A stretch of DNA of 64,000 nt, from positions 11,552 through 75,551 of the IMG/VR virus record IMGVR_UViG_3300001525_000506, one strand, 5' to 3'. A program made the translations under genes and the position numbers. The notes under the pieces are model-generated. The model had not been told where the DNA came from, did not search any database, and saw only the letters and a list, made by a program, of their open reading frames with translations. Of this stretch, positions 17,372 to 27,766 are shown piece by piece. The DNA comes from a virus (Duplodnaviria; Caudoviricetes). Numbering within the stretch: the stretch's first letter is position 1; each line of letters begins with the position of its first letter.

Positions 17372-18891
17372 TTCCATCTTCGCAGCGACGGCAATAACGG
17401 CGCCTTTGCATATTCAACACACGTCAATACGTGGTCGTTGCCGTCTTCACGAGCCTCACCTTTTTTGCCACGACGTGCGTTCTTAATCTCTCGAACGAGG
17501 TTTTTGCACTTATCGGACACAAGGAAGTCGCCGTAAGCCATCAAAAGTCTATCGAAGTCAACACGAGTTTGAATTGAGAGTTTCGTTGATGCCATAAAAC
17601 GAAGATTATACAGCCCATATTCGTGTGCTTTCATTTCCAAAACTTGTCTGAAACCGACGTCGGCGCTGTCAACATAAACGTTTATAGTTCCTCGCATAAG
17701 AATTGTTCCGAGATTGCCATAATATTCCGTCCATTTAATGATTTCGTTGATAAGCCTATCCGCTTGTTCGGGCAAGCCTATGCTCTCGCGGTCGTCCGTA
17801 TTCATATAGTTATCGGCTTTATTATTGCTGTGGAAATACTCGTCTATTGTCGCAATTTTCTGCAAATCAGCCGTAACCGCACACAAAGACATAGTCGTCG
17901 CCGCACGCACCTTCAAATCCGCATTTTCGTTTTTACCGACTTTGAGGACGTGACCGCCACCGTCAGAGAGACCAGTATCGATACCGATTGAGAAGTCAGC
18001 CCATTGCGTACGCGTACCCGTAAGCCCCAATAGCGTCGGCAACGGTACTATCAGCGAATCGTTCCATTCGGGATAAACTGCAGCCGTCGTGTTACCGAAC
18101 ATCCCCAAGAACTCAACTTTATATATTTCGGGCGCCTTTCTCTTCATTTCGAGTGCTGCCGCATCATAAGAGTCCTTATCGCGGAATTCGTTGATTTTAT
18201 ATGTGGATTTGTGCAAATATAAGCCTTTGCCGTAAGGACCTATGAATTCGGGGTCATAATAGTCCACATACGTCACGTCATCGCGGTCGAGCGTCGCATA
18301 ATCGTCGTCGAGCCTATTCTTGAAGAATTCTTGATTGAGCCACGAATCGCCGTCCCAAGCGTTGAAACACATCGTAATTTGAAAATTTAACGGATACGGC
18401 AATTTACCACGCAATGAACCGTCGATTTTACGAAAGTCCTCAAACGACGGAACTTCAAACGCCTCGTCGATATATGCGTCTGTAAAATAACCGTTTGCAA
18501 ATGTGATACCGTTTAGAGATGTCGGGTTGTTCAAACCACGGAAAATAATTTGTTGTCTGGTCGGCTTATATTCGATTACGAGCGGATTCTTTGAGATTTT
18601 GAACGCATCTTCGAGACCTAAATCGACAATACAACCACACACGTTCTCGAACGTTGATTGTCTGTTATCGCTGTCGTTTTGACGGGCGATAAGGACGTTT
18701 CGCCTCGAATCCGATATTATCTTCATAATCGGCTCGTATCCGATTATATTCTTCGATTTCTTTGTGGAACGCGCACCGCAAAAGAGACGGTAACGGCAGT
18801 GGTTATTCATAAACCACGCTTTTGTGTAACCGCCTCCAATGAGTTTTTTAAGGGACATTTCCCCATTTGGCAAAAAGATATCGTCTCTCAC
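17353..18891 (-). CDS. terL: Terminase large subunit, PBSX-like
   Basis: RYRLFCGARSTKKSK Walker A, QQIIFRGLNNP, YIDEAFE Walker B, QITMCFNAW, C-terminal DGNDHVL nuclease motif. Confidence 0.93.
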   Translation of the reverse strand: MRDDIFLPNGEMSLKKLIGGGYTKAWFMNNHCRYRLFCGARSTKKSKNIIGYEPIMKIISDSRRNVLIARQNDSDNRQSTFENVCGCIVDLGLEDAFKISKNPLVIEYKPTRQQIIFRGLNNPTSLNGITFANGYFTDAYIDEAFEVPSFEDFRKIDGSLRGKLPYPLNFQITMCFNAWDGDSWLNQEFFKNRLDDDYATLDRDDVTYVDYYDPEFIGPYGKGLYLHKSTYKINEFRDKDSYDAAALEMKRKAPEIYKVEFLGMFGNTTAAVYPEWNDSLIVPLPTLLGLTGTRTQWADFSIGIDTGLSDGGGHVLKVGKNENADLKVRAATTMSLCAVTADLQKIATIDEYFHSNNKADNYMNTDDRESIGLPEQADRLINEIIKWTEYYGNLGTILMRGTINVYVDSADVGFRQVLEMKAHEYGLYNLRFMASTKLSIQTRVDFDRLLMAYGDFLVSDKCKNLVREIKNARRGKKGEAREDGNDHVLTCVEYAKAPLLPSLRRWKTFKTH

Positions 18892-19373
18892 TTGTTTTCT
18901 TCTTCCTTTTCTTGCTCGACTTCGATAAGTTCAATCATATCGGCGTCGAGAAGTCTTTTTATTTCGTCTGCACAATACTTATCGAGGTGCGTTGACGCAT
19001 AATAAACGTTGTGGTCGAAAGGGTCAAGACTTGCAAAACCGACCCAACCGTCAACAAACGGCTCGATTTGAATTCGCCAATCGGTCAGAACATGTCTGAA
19101 CTGGTCTGTAATAACGGCTTTGCCGCGTTTATATTTCAACCCGAGGCGAGTGCTGATAAGTTTTTCGTTCTTCGCATAGATTTTAGAACGCCATGTACCG
19201 TCGTTGTAAATGTGTTTGAGATTCCCTTGTACGAGTTCGCCGTCGAAGTCTTGCGGAATAATTTTTACAAGAACGGGATTCTCTGACGGAATCAAATCGT
19301 AATCCATATCGTTGAATTTATTGAGGTCAACGCCCTCTTTTACTCTATATACTTTTCCTTTTATTGTTGCCAT
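18888..19373 (-). CDS. Hypothetical protein upstream of terL
   Basis: GTGA overlap with terL. Confidence 0.6.
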   Translation of the reverse strand: MATIKGKVYRVKEGVDLNKFNDMDYDLIPSENPVLVKIIPQDFDGELVQGNLKHIYNDGTWRSKIYAKNEKLISTRLGLKYKRGKAVITDQFRHVLTDWRIQIEPFVDGWVGFASLDPFDHNVYYASTHLDKYCADEIKRLLDADMIELIEVEQEKEEENK

Positions 19374-19374
19374 G

Positions 19375-20793
19375 TTAAAACCTCTTTTTTAATGCTCTTC
19401 TTCTTTGAGTGTACGCTTTTTCGCAATATGGAATATTTGTGTCCACATAATCATAAATAAGCGGTTGTTTTTTGCCTTCGAGATAGCGTTCAATTCGACC
19501 TGCGCATTGCACAATCAAGCCTTTTTCTTTTGCAGGCGAGCAAAAATGCAATGTATCGAGTTCTTTTATAGAAACGCCTTCTTTTAGGAGTGCATAAGTT
19601 GCGACGATAACGTCCCAATCAATTTGTTGTTTCAATATCTTTTCGCGCCGTTTTGCAGGTGTTTCTCCAACACACAAAACTGCGTTTACGCCTCGTTCTT
19701 GTAACATCTGAACTAAGACTTTACAATGTTCAACTCTGAGTGAAAGAACGATTTGCTTTCTACCTTCTTGCGCGCATTTGACAATGTTTTCGACAATGAC
19801 TTCATTTCGTGTCTGTTTTTCGCATAGGAACGGAATCAGTTTCATATAATCAGTCATACCTGCGCTATCGAGAAGTTGCATCTGGTCGCGCATCGTAATC
19901 GGATAATCCAAATCGATTCTTATGTGTTTCGCCTCCATTGTCTTTACGCGCTCTCTATCGACCTTATACGTGGGGGAGAATGTCCCGTTAGGATTTGCTC
20001 CGATATACGCGTACATCGCGTTAATGAGCCCGTCAGCGCGTACAGGAGTCGCTGTAAGCCCGAATTTGTAACGGGCAGGTATCTTTGACAATACGCTCGT
20101 GAACATCTTCAATTTTGTAGGCGTTCCGCATACATGCGCTGCCTCATCACATATTATAACACCGAATTTATCTTTATACAAGTTCGGGTCGATTTTACAC
20201 ATTGTTTGAACCGTTGAAATTGTAATATCTTCGCCGATTTCGAGTTTGCCTTCGGTTGTGAGCCCGACTTTTGCCATAGGATACAGCTTGAGCAAATCAT
20301 CTTTTGCCTGTCGGAGCAAATCTCCTGTATGGCAGAGCCAAAGCGCCCTTTTCCCGAGCCGTTTTATAAGTTCCATTCCGAGATATGTTTTACCCGAACC
20401 GCACCCTGCAACGATTACGCCGCCTTTTGCATCGATAGCGGCATTGATTGCATCTTCTTGATAATCGAAGAACTCATCAATGCCCTGTACTTTGGCGCTC
20501 TTAAACGAAATATCCGAGGCATTGTTGAAAGATTGATAAATCTTACAGCCTGCTCTATTAAATGCGGGTAAAAGCGCATACAGACAGCCATACGGCACCA
20601 CGAGGATATCTCCGTCAAGATAATAGAGATATATCTTCTCTGGGATGCGTTTCCAACGAATATAATCGTCTTTGCCCATTCGTTTCAATTGTTGGTATTC
20701 AGGGTTATCATAAACAAGATAACGATTGCACCATGAAACGACTTCTGGCGTCGGATTTTCTATTCTGATTTCATTCGATACTATCGCTCGCAT
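19375..20793 (-). CDS. SF2 DEAD/DEAH-like helicase
   Basis: AGCGSGKT, ICDEAAH, GLTATP, LKEGVSI, QCAGRIER. Confidence 0.92.
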   Translation of the reverse strand: MRAIVSNEIRIENPTPEVVSWCNRYLVYDNPEYQQLKRMGKDDYIRWKRIPEKIYLYYLDGDILVVPYGCLYALLPAFNRAGCKIYQSFNNASDISFKSAKVQGIDEFFDYQEDAINAAIDAKGGVIVAGCGSGKTYLGMELIKRLGKRALWLCHTGDLLRQAKDDLLKLYPMAKVGLTTEGKLEIGEDITISTVQTMCKIDPNLYKDKFGVIICDEAAHVCGTPTKLKMFTSVLSKIPARYKFGLTATPVRADGLINAMYAYIGANPNGTFSPTYKVDRERVKTMEAKHIRIDLDYPITMRDQMQLLDSAGMTDYMKLIPFLCEKQTRNEVIVENIVKCAQEGRKQIVLSLRVEHCKVLVQMLQERGVNAVLCVGETPAKRREKILKQQIDWDVIVATYALLKEGVSIKELDTLHFCSPAKEKGLIVQCAGRIERYLEGKKQPLIYDYVDTNIPYCEKAYTQRRRALKKRF

Positions 20794-21199
20794 ATTCTAA
20801 AACCGCCTTAAATTCGTTTAAGTCCTCAATTTTTACTGATTTTTTGCCTTCTCTTTCTGACCTTAAGACTCTATCATAAGGCAAAAAATACAGTTTTTCG
20901 GGAGTGCGCTCCCAGTATATAACAAAACCCATATTGGTTATGTGTGCAAAGTTTTGGGCATACGACATTGACGTTTTTTGGTTTGGTTCAATTCTTTCAA
21001 AAGAGAATGAGGCTTTCTCTTCTTCAAGATGCTTTGCGTCAACAAACCAGATATCATCACATCTGCAAGCAATGATATCAAAGGGTTGTCCGCCAACCTT
21101 TTTCGGCAATATGTATGCCCAGTATCCATTCTCCCGAAGGAAATTGGCTATAAAGTTTTCCGTGGAGTTACCCACGATGTTTTGTACGTTTCCCATCAA
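20771..21199 (-). CDS. PD-(D/E)XK Holliday-junction resolvase-like nuclease
   Basis: GNSTE..GGQPFDIIA..WFVDAK. Confidence 0.75.
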   Translation of the reverse strand: MMGNVQNIVGNSTENFIANFLRENGYWAYILPKKVGGQPFDIIACRCDDIWFVDAKHLEEEKASFSFERIEPNQKTSMSYAQNFAHITNMGFVIYWERTPEKLYFLPYDRVLRSEREGKKSVKIEDLNEFKAVLEYASDSIE

Positions 21200-23703
21200 T
21201 CTTTTCTCCTGATATTAACGCCGTTCAGCCTTATGCCGTAATAGCACCACGCTTTTACGCCGTTACGTTGTCTGTTAATTCCGTCTTTTGAAGTAAGTTC
21301 GGAACTAAATTGACTTTCTTTCTTAACGAAATCGGTATTGTTTTGCGCCCAAACTTTATATGCCTCGTAAAGTTCGGTGCATTCAATAACCGAGTGCTTA
21401 TCAATGATACATTTTTCGTCGATAAATTGCAAAACTTGGTCGTTTTTCTTCTTAAATTCAGCCGTATCGGATACGGTTTGTTTTGCTTTGATAAGGTGTC
21501 CGAGTTCTTGATATTTCAAGAAACCTTTTATACACCAACCGAGAATTTTATCGGCGTCCATTCGCAATTTCGACGGGAGCGATTTGTCTTTTTGGTCGTC
21601 TCCGAAAATGTTCCTAAACACAAACAAGAAAAGACGTCGCCACATACCGTAATCGTTACCGCGAATGTTCGGAAGGTGGTTTGTTGCCATCCAAATCTTG
21701 AAGTTCGGGATGAACGTGAACGGATTTCCATACGGGAAACGAGCGTTTACGGGGTCGCTACCAGTCAAAATCTTGGTTTGAGCCTCCGACAAGCGTCCGC
21801 CTTCGTCCGTTTCACCCGTCGTAACAAATCTTACTTTTTGCAGACTTGCAATCGCATATTCAGCGGGCGAATTCGACTGTCCTTTTTGCGTAACGAGCAA
21901 TTTCGAGTCCATATTCGTTCCGTAATCGCCAATTACGTTCGAAATCGTTTCCACGAGCGTTGATTTGCCGTTTGAACCGTCGCCATATAGCAAGAACATA
22001 CATTGTTCTGCGGTTGAACCCGTCAGCGAATAACCGATACACGTTTGCAATGAGTCTATAATCTCTTGCGTGTCCGCAATGTTACCGTTGTCGAATACGC
22101 TCCAAAGGAATTTTTCCCAGACTTCCGAACGCTCAAACGATACTTTCGTGTGCGTGTTCTTTGCCAACAATTTCGTCTTGTCAAAAGGTGTTATCGCACC
22201 CGTTCTCAAATCGACGATTCCCGATTCCGTATTCAGTAGATAATCGTATCTATCAAACACGTCATTTTTTACGGGGATATCCTTTAATGTTTGAAGTTCG
22301 AACAACATTGCGTCTTTGCCCGCTTTGTTAGCGACACGAGCTGTATTCTTCTCCGACGCGTCGAGAATTTTTGTCATTCTCTTTGCCTCATCAACACGAC
22401 CTTGCGCTGTCAATACTTCGATTTTGTCTGCCATTGCGCGGTCATCTTCTTTCATTATTTCGATGAGTTTATTTGCGTATTTACGAATAATATTCGTTGC
22501 GTCTTTTATCCACGTTTTACCCGTCCAAAACATAAACACTTTGTCAGTAACGTTATATTTGAACAAATCTCCGAAATAATCATAGAATTTCAACGCATTG
22601 CCCGTATCCGAATACGGATATGACCCAAATATCTTCTTGATTCTAAAAATCGGCTCTCCGTCTTCATCGAGACTCGGCGTATAATTGAGTTCGGGTGACG
22701 TTTCGGTTTCGTTTTCGGTCGGTTTTGGCTTTTCAATAACGACCGTTTTCTTGCCGATATTGACCTTGTCAACGAGTTTCGTCTTTACAAAAGTTTCGCC
22801 TACGTTTCTGCATGCAACATCGATAGTAAGTTGTCCGTATGTTTTTACACCCCTATGCTCGTCCCATTTCGGGCGCATAAGACCGCTGTTTCGGAAAATC
22901 CTATCCATTTGCGCCTCGTCCTTATTGCACCAAAACGCGAGCATACTGCAAAATGCCATATCCGCTTTCGACGCGTCTCCACCTTGTAGGCTTATATCGC
23001 CTTTATCGTAATAGCGGAAGAACGTATCGCATTGTCTCGAATTCGCAACATTTGCGAGGACTTCTTCGTCCGAAAGTTTCAATGTTTCATACATTTCCGT
23101 GTTTGGACGCGAATATGCGGGTGTTTGGATTACGGGCGCAGGTGTGAATACATATTTCTCCCAAAGTGGCTTAATTTCGTCCTCACGGTCTTGTACGGGG
23201 ATATTTCGTATCGCTTTACCCGTAAATGCAAAAAAACGATTGGCGTCATACATTTCCACGCAGCCCTTTCGTCTTGAACCTTCGGGGAGTTTGCCTTTGC
23301 AGATTATGTGAATTCCTTTTCCGCTTTGCGACCATTCCGTATATGAGTTCAAAGTCGCCACGAATTCGTTCGCAAGTCGTTTGAATTCCGCCTCGTCTTC
23401 TTCCGATTGTCCTTCGGGTCCGATATGGTTATCCAAATCGACGCCAAAGATACCGTCACCGAGAACGAAACCGATTCCGTCAAAGTTATATTTTTCGCAC
23501 CCCGATAGCGCAAGTTTGAAGGTGGACCACGTGAGAGAATCGTTTACCTTCGCCATTTCTCCACTAAGAGAATTATAGGGACGTTTCGTAAGTTTCCCAC
23601 TGGCGAGGGTTTCGACCTTGTATCCTACCCATCGTTTTAAGTTTTTCAATTCTTGCGGTATTTTATTATATCGCAAGGAAAGTTCGTCAACCGTCATAAA
23701 CAT
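21196..23703 (-). CDS. Primase-polymerase / D5-like SF3 helicase fusion
   Basis: GIFGVDLD, YTEWSQSGKGIHI, VEMYD, DASKADMAFC..LAFW, GDGSNGKS Walker A, FIPNFKIWMATNHLP. Confidence 0.92.
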   Translation of the reverse strand: MFMTVDELSLRYNKIPQELKNLKRWVGYKVETLASGKLTKRPYNSLSGEMAKVNDSLTWSTFKLALSGCEKYNFDGIGFVLGDGIFGVDLDNHIGPEGQSEEDEAEFKRLANEFVATLNSYTEWSQSGKGIHIICKGKLPEGSRRKGCVEMYDANRFFAFTGKAIRNIPVQDREDEIKPLWEKYVFTPAPVIQTPAYSRPNTEMYETLKLSDEEVLANVANSRQCDTFFRYYDKGDISLQGGDASKADMAFCSMLAFWCNKDEAQMDRIFRNSGLMRPKWDEHRGVKTYGQLTIDVACRNVGETFVKTKLVDKVNIGKKTVVIEKPKPTENETETSPELNYTPSLDEDGEPIFRIKKIFGSYPYSDTGNALKFYDYFGDLFKYNVTDKVFMFWTGKTWIKDATNIIRKYANKLIEIMKEDDRAMADKIEVLTAQGRVDEAKRMTKILDASEKNTARVANKAGKDAMLFELQTLKDIPVKNDVFDRYDYLLNTESGIVDLRTGAITPFDKTKLLAKNTHTKVSFERSEVWEKFLWSVFDNGNIADTQEIIDSLQTCIGYSLTGSTAEQCMFLLYGDGSNGKSTLVETISNVIGDYGTNMDSKLLVTQKGQSNSPAEYAIASLQKVRFVTTGETDEGGRLSEAQTKILTGSDPVNARFPYGNPFTFIPNFKIWMATNHLPNIRGNDYGMWRRLFLFVFRNIFGDDQKDKSLPSKLRMDADKILGWCIKGFLKYQELGHLIKAKQTVSDTAEFKKKNDQVLQFIDEKCIIDKHSVIECTELYEAYKVWAQNNTDFVKKESQFSSELTSKDGINRQRNGVKAWCYYGIRLNGVNIRRKD

Positions 23704-23747
23704 TAGCCTCTTTATTGTTTATTTCTTTTGTTTTTGCAGATGTAGTC

Positions 23748-23787
23748 TTATAATAACAAACCCCACTGCGCTGTGTCAATGGGGTTT
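23748..23787 (-). promoter_or_regulatory. sigmaA-type promoter with -35 inside inverted repeat
   Basis: aaacccca-TTGACAcagcgcag-tggggttt, then TATTAT. Confidence 0.65.
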
Positions 23788-23808
23788 GTGAGTGAAATTT
23801 TACTTTTT

Positions 23809-24288
23809 TTAGAACGGGAGGTCTCCGTCAATAGGTTGCCAATTCTCTTCGTCTTGAGCAGGACCTGTCACTGCACCGCCGCCGACTTCGGACGGTCTGT
23901 AGGAGAGATATTTTACAACGTTCTTATCGGATGAGTGGTATTGGTTTGCGGGCTCGACGTCAACGGAGATAATCATATTTTTGCCGTTGAAGTATTGAAC
24001 GAGGTCGTCATAGTCGTCGAAATCGAGTTTTGCATTCGGAATTGCCGCGAGAATTGCGTTGATTTTTGTCTTGTTATAATCGTCGGTACCTCTTGCTTTG
24101 TAAATTGCGTCAAAGACAAATCTTCCGCCGAAAGGTTGTTCAACGTCGTTTCTGATTTGGAATTTGCAGTTGATATACGTACTGTCGCCTGATGCCGTTT
24201 TTTTGTATTCGCATTGAAGCGTTACTTCATAATCGCCTTTTTCGACGAGTTCAAAATTTGAGTCCACTTTACCTGAAAAATTAAGCAT
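23809..24288 (-). CDS. DUF669-like ssDNA-binding protein
   Basis: FELVEKGDYEV..GRFVFD..acidic tail ending DGDLPF. Confidence 0.75.
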   Translation of the reverse strand: MLNFSGKVDSNFELVEKGDYEVTLQCEYKKTASGDSTYINCKFQIRNDVEQPFGGRFVFDAIYKARGTDDYNKTKINAILAAIPNAKLDFDDYDDLVQYFNGKNMIISVDVEPANQYHSSDKNVVKYLSYRPSEVGGGAVTGPAQDEENWQPIDGDLPF

Positions 24289-24306
24289 AATTTGTTATTC
24301 TCCTTG

Positions 24307-24834
24307 TTATTTGTTTTCGTTTTCGTTTTGTTTTTTGTCGTATTCGTCCTTGCACTCTTTGGAGCACAATGCAATGCCGTATTTTGCCACGCTTGCGTCA
24401 TAAATGTTCTTGTCGATAATCTTACCGCAGACACTGCAAGCATATTGTTGTTTCGTCTCTGGTACCGCCTTTTTAAGTTGTTTCGGAGCGGGCGTATCTT
24501 TGATTCTGAGACAAGGAACCATATCACGTTGATATTTTGTAGTCGTTGCGAATACGACGACTTGTTTACCAATCCAACCGTCTGTGTCGCCAGTTCCGAG
24601 CGCCTTCTCGATTGCTTTACAATTTGTCTTGTTGAGTATCATCGGCTTGATTTCCACGCCGTTTACGTGGTCTTCGACAAAATGTGCCACAATGCAAGGG
24701 TCTTGTTTGCCGTTCGGACCCGTTACGAGTTCTTGCGCAACACTTTTGATTGTTACCGTTACTTCTTTTGCTATGCCGTCGAGCGAAAATGCGCCCATAT
24801 AATTGTAATCGGCAAGTTGTTTCCAATGAGCCAT
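24307..24834 (-). CDS. Putative single-strand annealing/recombination protein
   Basis: MAHWK..YMGA..KPMILNKTNCKAI..WIGKQV; sits between exonuclease and SSB-like gene. Confidence 0.6.
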   Translation of the reverse strand: MAHWKQLADYNYMGAFSLDGIAKEVTVTIKSVAQELVTGPNGKQDPCIVAHFVEDHVNGVEIKPMILNKTNCKAIEKALGTGDTDGWIGKQVVVFATTTKYQRDMVPCLRIKDTPAPKQLKKAVPETKQQYACSVCGKIIDKNIYDASVAKYGIALCSKECKDEYDKKQNENENK

Positions 24835-24835
24835 A

Positions 24836-25660
24836 TTATTTCTCCTTCTTTTTTACCTTTTCATCAACGCATTCGTAGCCAGCCTCTCTGAGTTGGTCGC
24901 CCGTTGCGCCAATGTAATTAAAATCGATTATTTTTGCTTTTTTTGTTTCCTTACAGTAAGAACAGCATTCACATCTGTTCGGTGCGATTTCGCCGTCGAG
25001 AATACCTTTAATTCGGGGTAGATTGTGTTTTACAATGTTCAACGCTTTATCGAGGTCTTCTTGCGGAATATTGAACACTCCGATATCTGACGGCGTTTCC
25101 TTCGTTATACACACGAGATAACAAGGGAGTCGGTTGCCCGTATTTTGATATACGATTTCTTGGAAGATTGCGAGTTCGATGTCGTAATTGTATGCGAGAA
25201 CGAAGTTAGTATATCCTCCGAAAGCGTCCGACCATACCTTTTTGAAATCTTTCATAACCTTCAAATCGACAATAGCCTCGTCTTTAAGATATGAGTCCAT
25301 TTTGATTTTGAAAGGCACTCCGTCGATTTCGCCCGTCATTATCGATTGCTTTTCGCCGTTCAAAAAGTGTGTCATTTCGGGGTCGAGTTTGATTCTGTCA
25401 ATCAATTCGTCGGCTTTTTTGAAACCTGCTTTGAGTTCGCCCGATTTCAAGAAGATTTCGGGATGTTCAATCTTAAAATCGTCCATTTCTTCGCTGAAAT
25501 ATGCGTCCACATACGACCCGATAAGTTGCGATTCCGTTGATGGTGTGTGATAATTCGCAGCCGCGCTCGCCTCGCATTCAAGAAAGCGACAGAATCTCGA
25601 ATACGACATATAATCGTGATTGTCTTTATAGTTTTGTTTCGTCAACGGTGTTAAGTTCAT
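24836..25660 (-). CDS. PD-(D/E)XK exonuclease (DUF3799-like)
   Basis: YMSYS..F..CE, PFKIKMD, IVDLK, YNYDIELAIFQE, C terminal CECCSYC. Confidence 0.8.
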   Translation of the reverse strand: MNLTPLTKQNYKDNHDYMSYSRFCRFLECEASAAANYHTPSTESQLIGSYVDAYFSEEMDDFKIEHPEIFLKSGELKAGFKKADELIDRIKLDPEMTHFLNGEKQSIMTGEIDGVPFKIKMDSYLKDEAIVDLKVMKDFKKVWSDAFGGYTNFVLAYNYDIELAIFQEIVYQNTGNRLPCYLVCITKETPSDIGVFNIPQEDLDKALNIVKHNLPRIKGILDGEIAPNRCECCSYCKETKKAKIIDFNYIGATGDQLREAGYECVDEKVKKKEK

Positions 25661-25868
25661 CTTCTAACTCGATTATTGCCTCCTTGCTGTCCAAGTTAAG
25701 TCCGTTTACAATCTTTATAAACGTTGCGGGTTGAGGTGCGCAAATACCTTTTTCAATATTTCGCAAATGGACCTCTGAAATCCCTGTCTGTTTCGATGCG
25801 TCTGCTATTGAAAGCCCTTTCAAGTAGCGTTGACTTCGAACGTATGCTCCAAATCGTTTAGTGTTCAC
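25626..25868 (-). CDS. XRE-family HTH regulator
   Basis: VRSQRYLKGLSIADASKQTGISEVHLRNIEKG. Confidence 0.85.
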   Translation of the reverse strand: MNTKRFGAYVRSQRYLKGLSIADASKQTGISEVHLRNIEKGICAPQPATFIKIVNGLNLDSKEAIIELEDELNTVDETKL

Positions 25869-26224
25869 TCGTTCCCTCCTTGCGCATTTTCTTTCTTTGC
25901 TTTTTCCATTGCCGCAGACACAATATCGAGGTCGGAAAGCGGTATTAAGAAAAGTTTATTCATTGCAGCAAAGCGCGGATTGAATTCGCATTCTCCGTCG
26001 TCGTCGATATAAATCGTAATCGTCGGCACTTTGAGTTCGACTTTGACTGCAAATCGTAACGACCTCTCGTCGAAACACGCGTAAGCCTTGTCAACTCTAA
26101 TAAACGAATTCAATTGGTCTATGAGTTCTTGCTGATGGCTATATTTCGACGCCTTGTCCATTACCGAACCCGAAATCGCGTCGAGTCTGGCGTTGATATC
26201 GTCTATGTCTTTTTTTCGTATCAT
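25865..26224 (-). CDS. Hypothetical protein
   Basis: Operon packing. Confidence 0.55.
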   Translation of the reverse strand: MIRKKDIDDINARLDAISGSVMDKASKYSHQQELIDQLNSFIRVDKAYACFDERSLRFAVKVELKVPTITIYIDDDGECEFNPRFAAMNKLFLIPLSDLDIVSAAMEKAKKENAQGGNE

Positions 26225-26225
26225 T

Positions 26226-26555
26226 TTATCGTTCCACCTCCATCACTACCGCCCTGGGTATCTTTTTGACTTCGACGGGTACGATATCGAATCTCACTTG
26301 TTTGCAATAAGGTTCTATTGCGTGATAGATGTCGGTGTCGCGAACGAACTCGCCCTTGAACACATATTGACCGTCTGTTCTCATAAACGAAACGACCTTG
26401 TCCCATATCATAGCCGCAGGTGCCTTTGAGAACTGCATCGTCACGTACTTGGTATCGTCATGAAGTATTGACATCGCCTCTGAATACAATATCGATTCCA
26501 AAGACTGTGCGAATTCATGTTCGTTTGTCGCGATAACAAATGCTATTTTATACAT
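26226..26555 (-). CDS. Hypothetical protein
   Basis: Operon packing. Confidence 0.55.
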   Translation of the reverse strand: MYKIAFVIATNEHEFAQSLESILYSEAMSILHDDTKYVTMQFSKAPAAMIWDKVVSFMRTDGQYVFKGEFVRDTDIYHAIEPYCKQVRFDIVPVEVKKIPRAVVMEVER

Positions 26556-26946
26556 TATCTTTTACCTCCTGTTTTGGTTCTTCAACGTCATCAAAAAATA
26601 CATAGTTGACTTTTGCTCCGAGTGGGTTTCTTTCTTCAACGACAATTCCCACGAGGTCCATTCTATCGATGTGATTTGGAACCCCTATAATCTTTTTCAC
26701 GTCATAATAACGATATTGGCTCGGTTTGACATCGGGATGTGCCTTGTAATAATCTCCGTCATCGGGTTCGGTTATTTGCCATACCATAACGGTTTCGAGT
26801 TTATGGTATCTATGGTAATAAGCTATTATGCCTCTATCATTTTCTGTCACGATTTCTTCGCGATAGATTTCAACCGTCGTATTCGGTGCCACGAACTTTT
26901 TTACGAAATAATTAAGTTGCATTGGATATTCCTGCTGTTCATTCAT
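26548..26946 (-). CDS. Hypothetical protein
   Basis: Operon packing. Confidence 0.55.
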   Translation of the reverse strand: MNEQQEYPMQLNYFVKKFVAPNTTVEIYREEIVTENDRGIIAYYHRYHKLETVMVWQITEPDDGDYYKAHPDVKPSQYRYYDVKKIIGVPNHIDRMDLVGIVVEERNPLGAKVNYVFFDDVEEPKQEVKDNV

Positions 26947-27199
26947 CTTTCATCTCCGTTTCAACCTCTTCATCACAGAACACAACATAACCTTTTTGTT
27001 GCATGTAGTCTGTGATATAGACAATGTGATAGAATTTGTCTTTGATTTTATCGTTTACATACGGGCTATCAATACAGGTGTATTTAATAATATCGCCCAC
27101 TTGATAATCACGGTCATTTAGTCGTATCTCAAACGGTTTAACGCCTTTTAATTTTGCATTTGCATATTCTGCTTTAATCTTTAACTCGTGTAATTTCAT
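26939..27199 (-). CDS. ASCH/DUF3850-like protein (paralogue of 9990-10232)
   Basis: MKLHELKI..KPFEIRLNDRDYQVGD. Confidence 0.8.
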   Translation of the reverse strand: MKLHELKIKAEYANAKLKGVKPFEIRLNDRDYQVGDIIKYTCIDSPYVNDKIKDKFYHIVYITDYMQQKGYVVFCDEEVETEMKDE

Positions 27200-27380
27200 C
27201 TTCCACCTCCGATTGTTTACATTGTTCGCATTGGTAATATATTGTTTCGTCTTTAGATACCCCGTTGCAAGTTATTGCGGAGAAACCAACTTCTTCATTG
27301 AAAAGGTCGCAAACATAACTGATATAAGTCGGACCGTAATGAGGGGCTGCGTGTTCGCAAAATTCACAATTCTTTTCCAT
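27174..27380 (-). CDS. Small Zn-finger protein (C.QSEVE)
   Basis: CEFCEH..VCDLF..QCEQCKQSEVED. Confidence 0.6.
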   Translation of the reverse strand: MEKNCEFCEHAAPHYGPTYISYVCDLFNEEVGFSAITCNGVSKDETIYYQCEQCKQSEVEDEITRVKD

Positions 27381-27579
27381 CTTCTACCTCCGCTTGCCTA
27401 CATTGTTCAAGTCTATTATAGAAACTATCGGGAGTTATCGGGAGATACTCATTAAACGCCATGCAATATGGTACTAACGAATGATTATCGATAAACTGAC
27501 ATCCATAACATTTTGAAGTATCGCCTTGCTTGTCGTTATTTATAAGTTCTATGTCCACTTTAATCTTTATTTTTGGCAT
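27364..27579 (-). CDS. Small Zn-finger protein (C.QAEVE)
   Basis: CYGCQF..YCMAF..QCRQAEVEDG. Confidence 0.6.
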   Translation of the reverse strand: MPKIKIKVDIELINNDKQGDTSKCYGCQFIDNHSLVPYCMAFNEYLPITPDSFYNRLEQCRQAEVEDGKEL

Positions 27580-27766
27580 CTTCCACCTCTGCTTTTTTGC
27601 ACTCGTCGCAACGTATGCAATAGTAGTGGTTTTCGTTATCTTCTTTTAATTCGCAATTATGAAAAGCACTGCAACGTGATATTCCATAATTGTCGGTATA
27701 ATACATAGAACAGTAACGTTCATTATCACAATATTGTTCAGGCACTTCAACCATTATCTTCGACAT
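27560..27766 (-). CDS. Small Zn-finger protein (C.KAEVE)
   Basis: YCD..YC..RCSAF..RCDECKKAEVED. Confidence 0.6.
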   Translation of the reverse strand: MSKIMVEVPEQYCDNERYCSMYYTDNYGISRCSAFHNCELKEDNENHYYCIRCDECKKAEVEDAKNKD

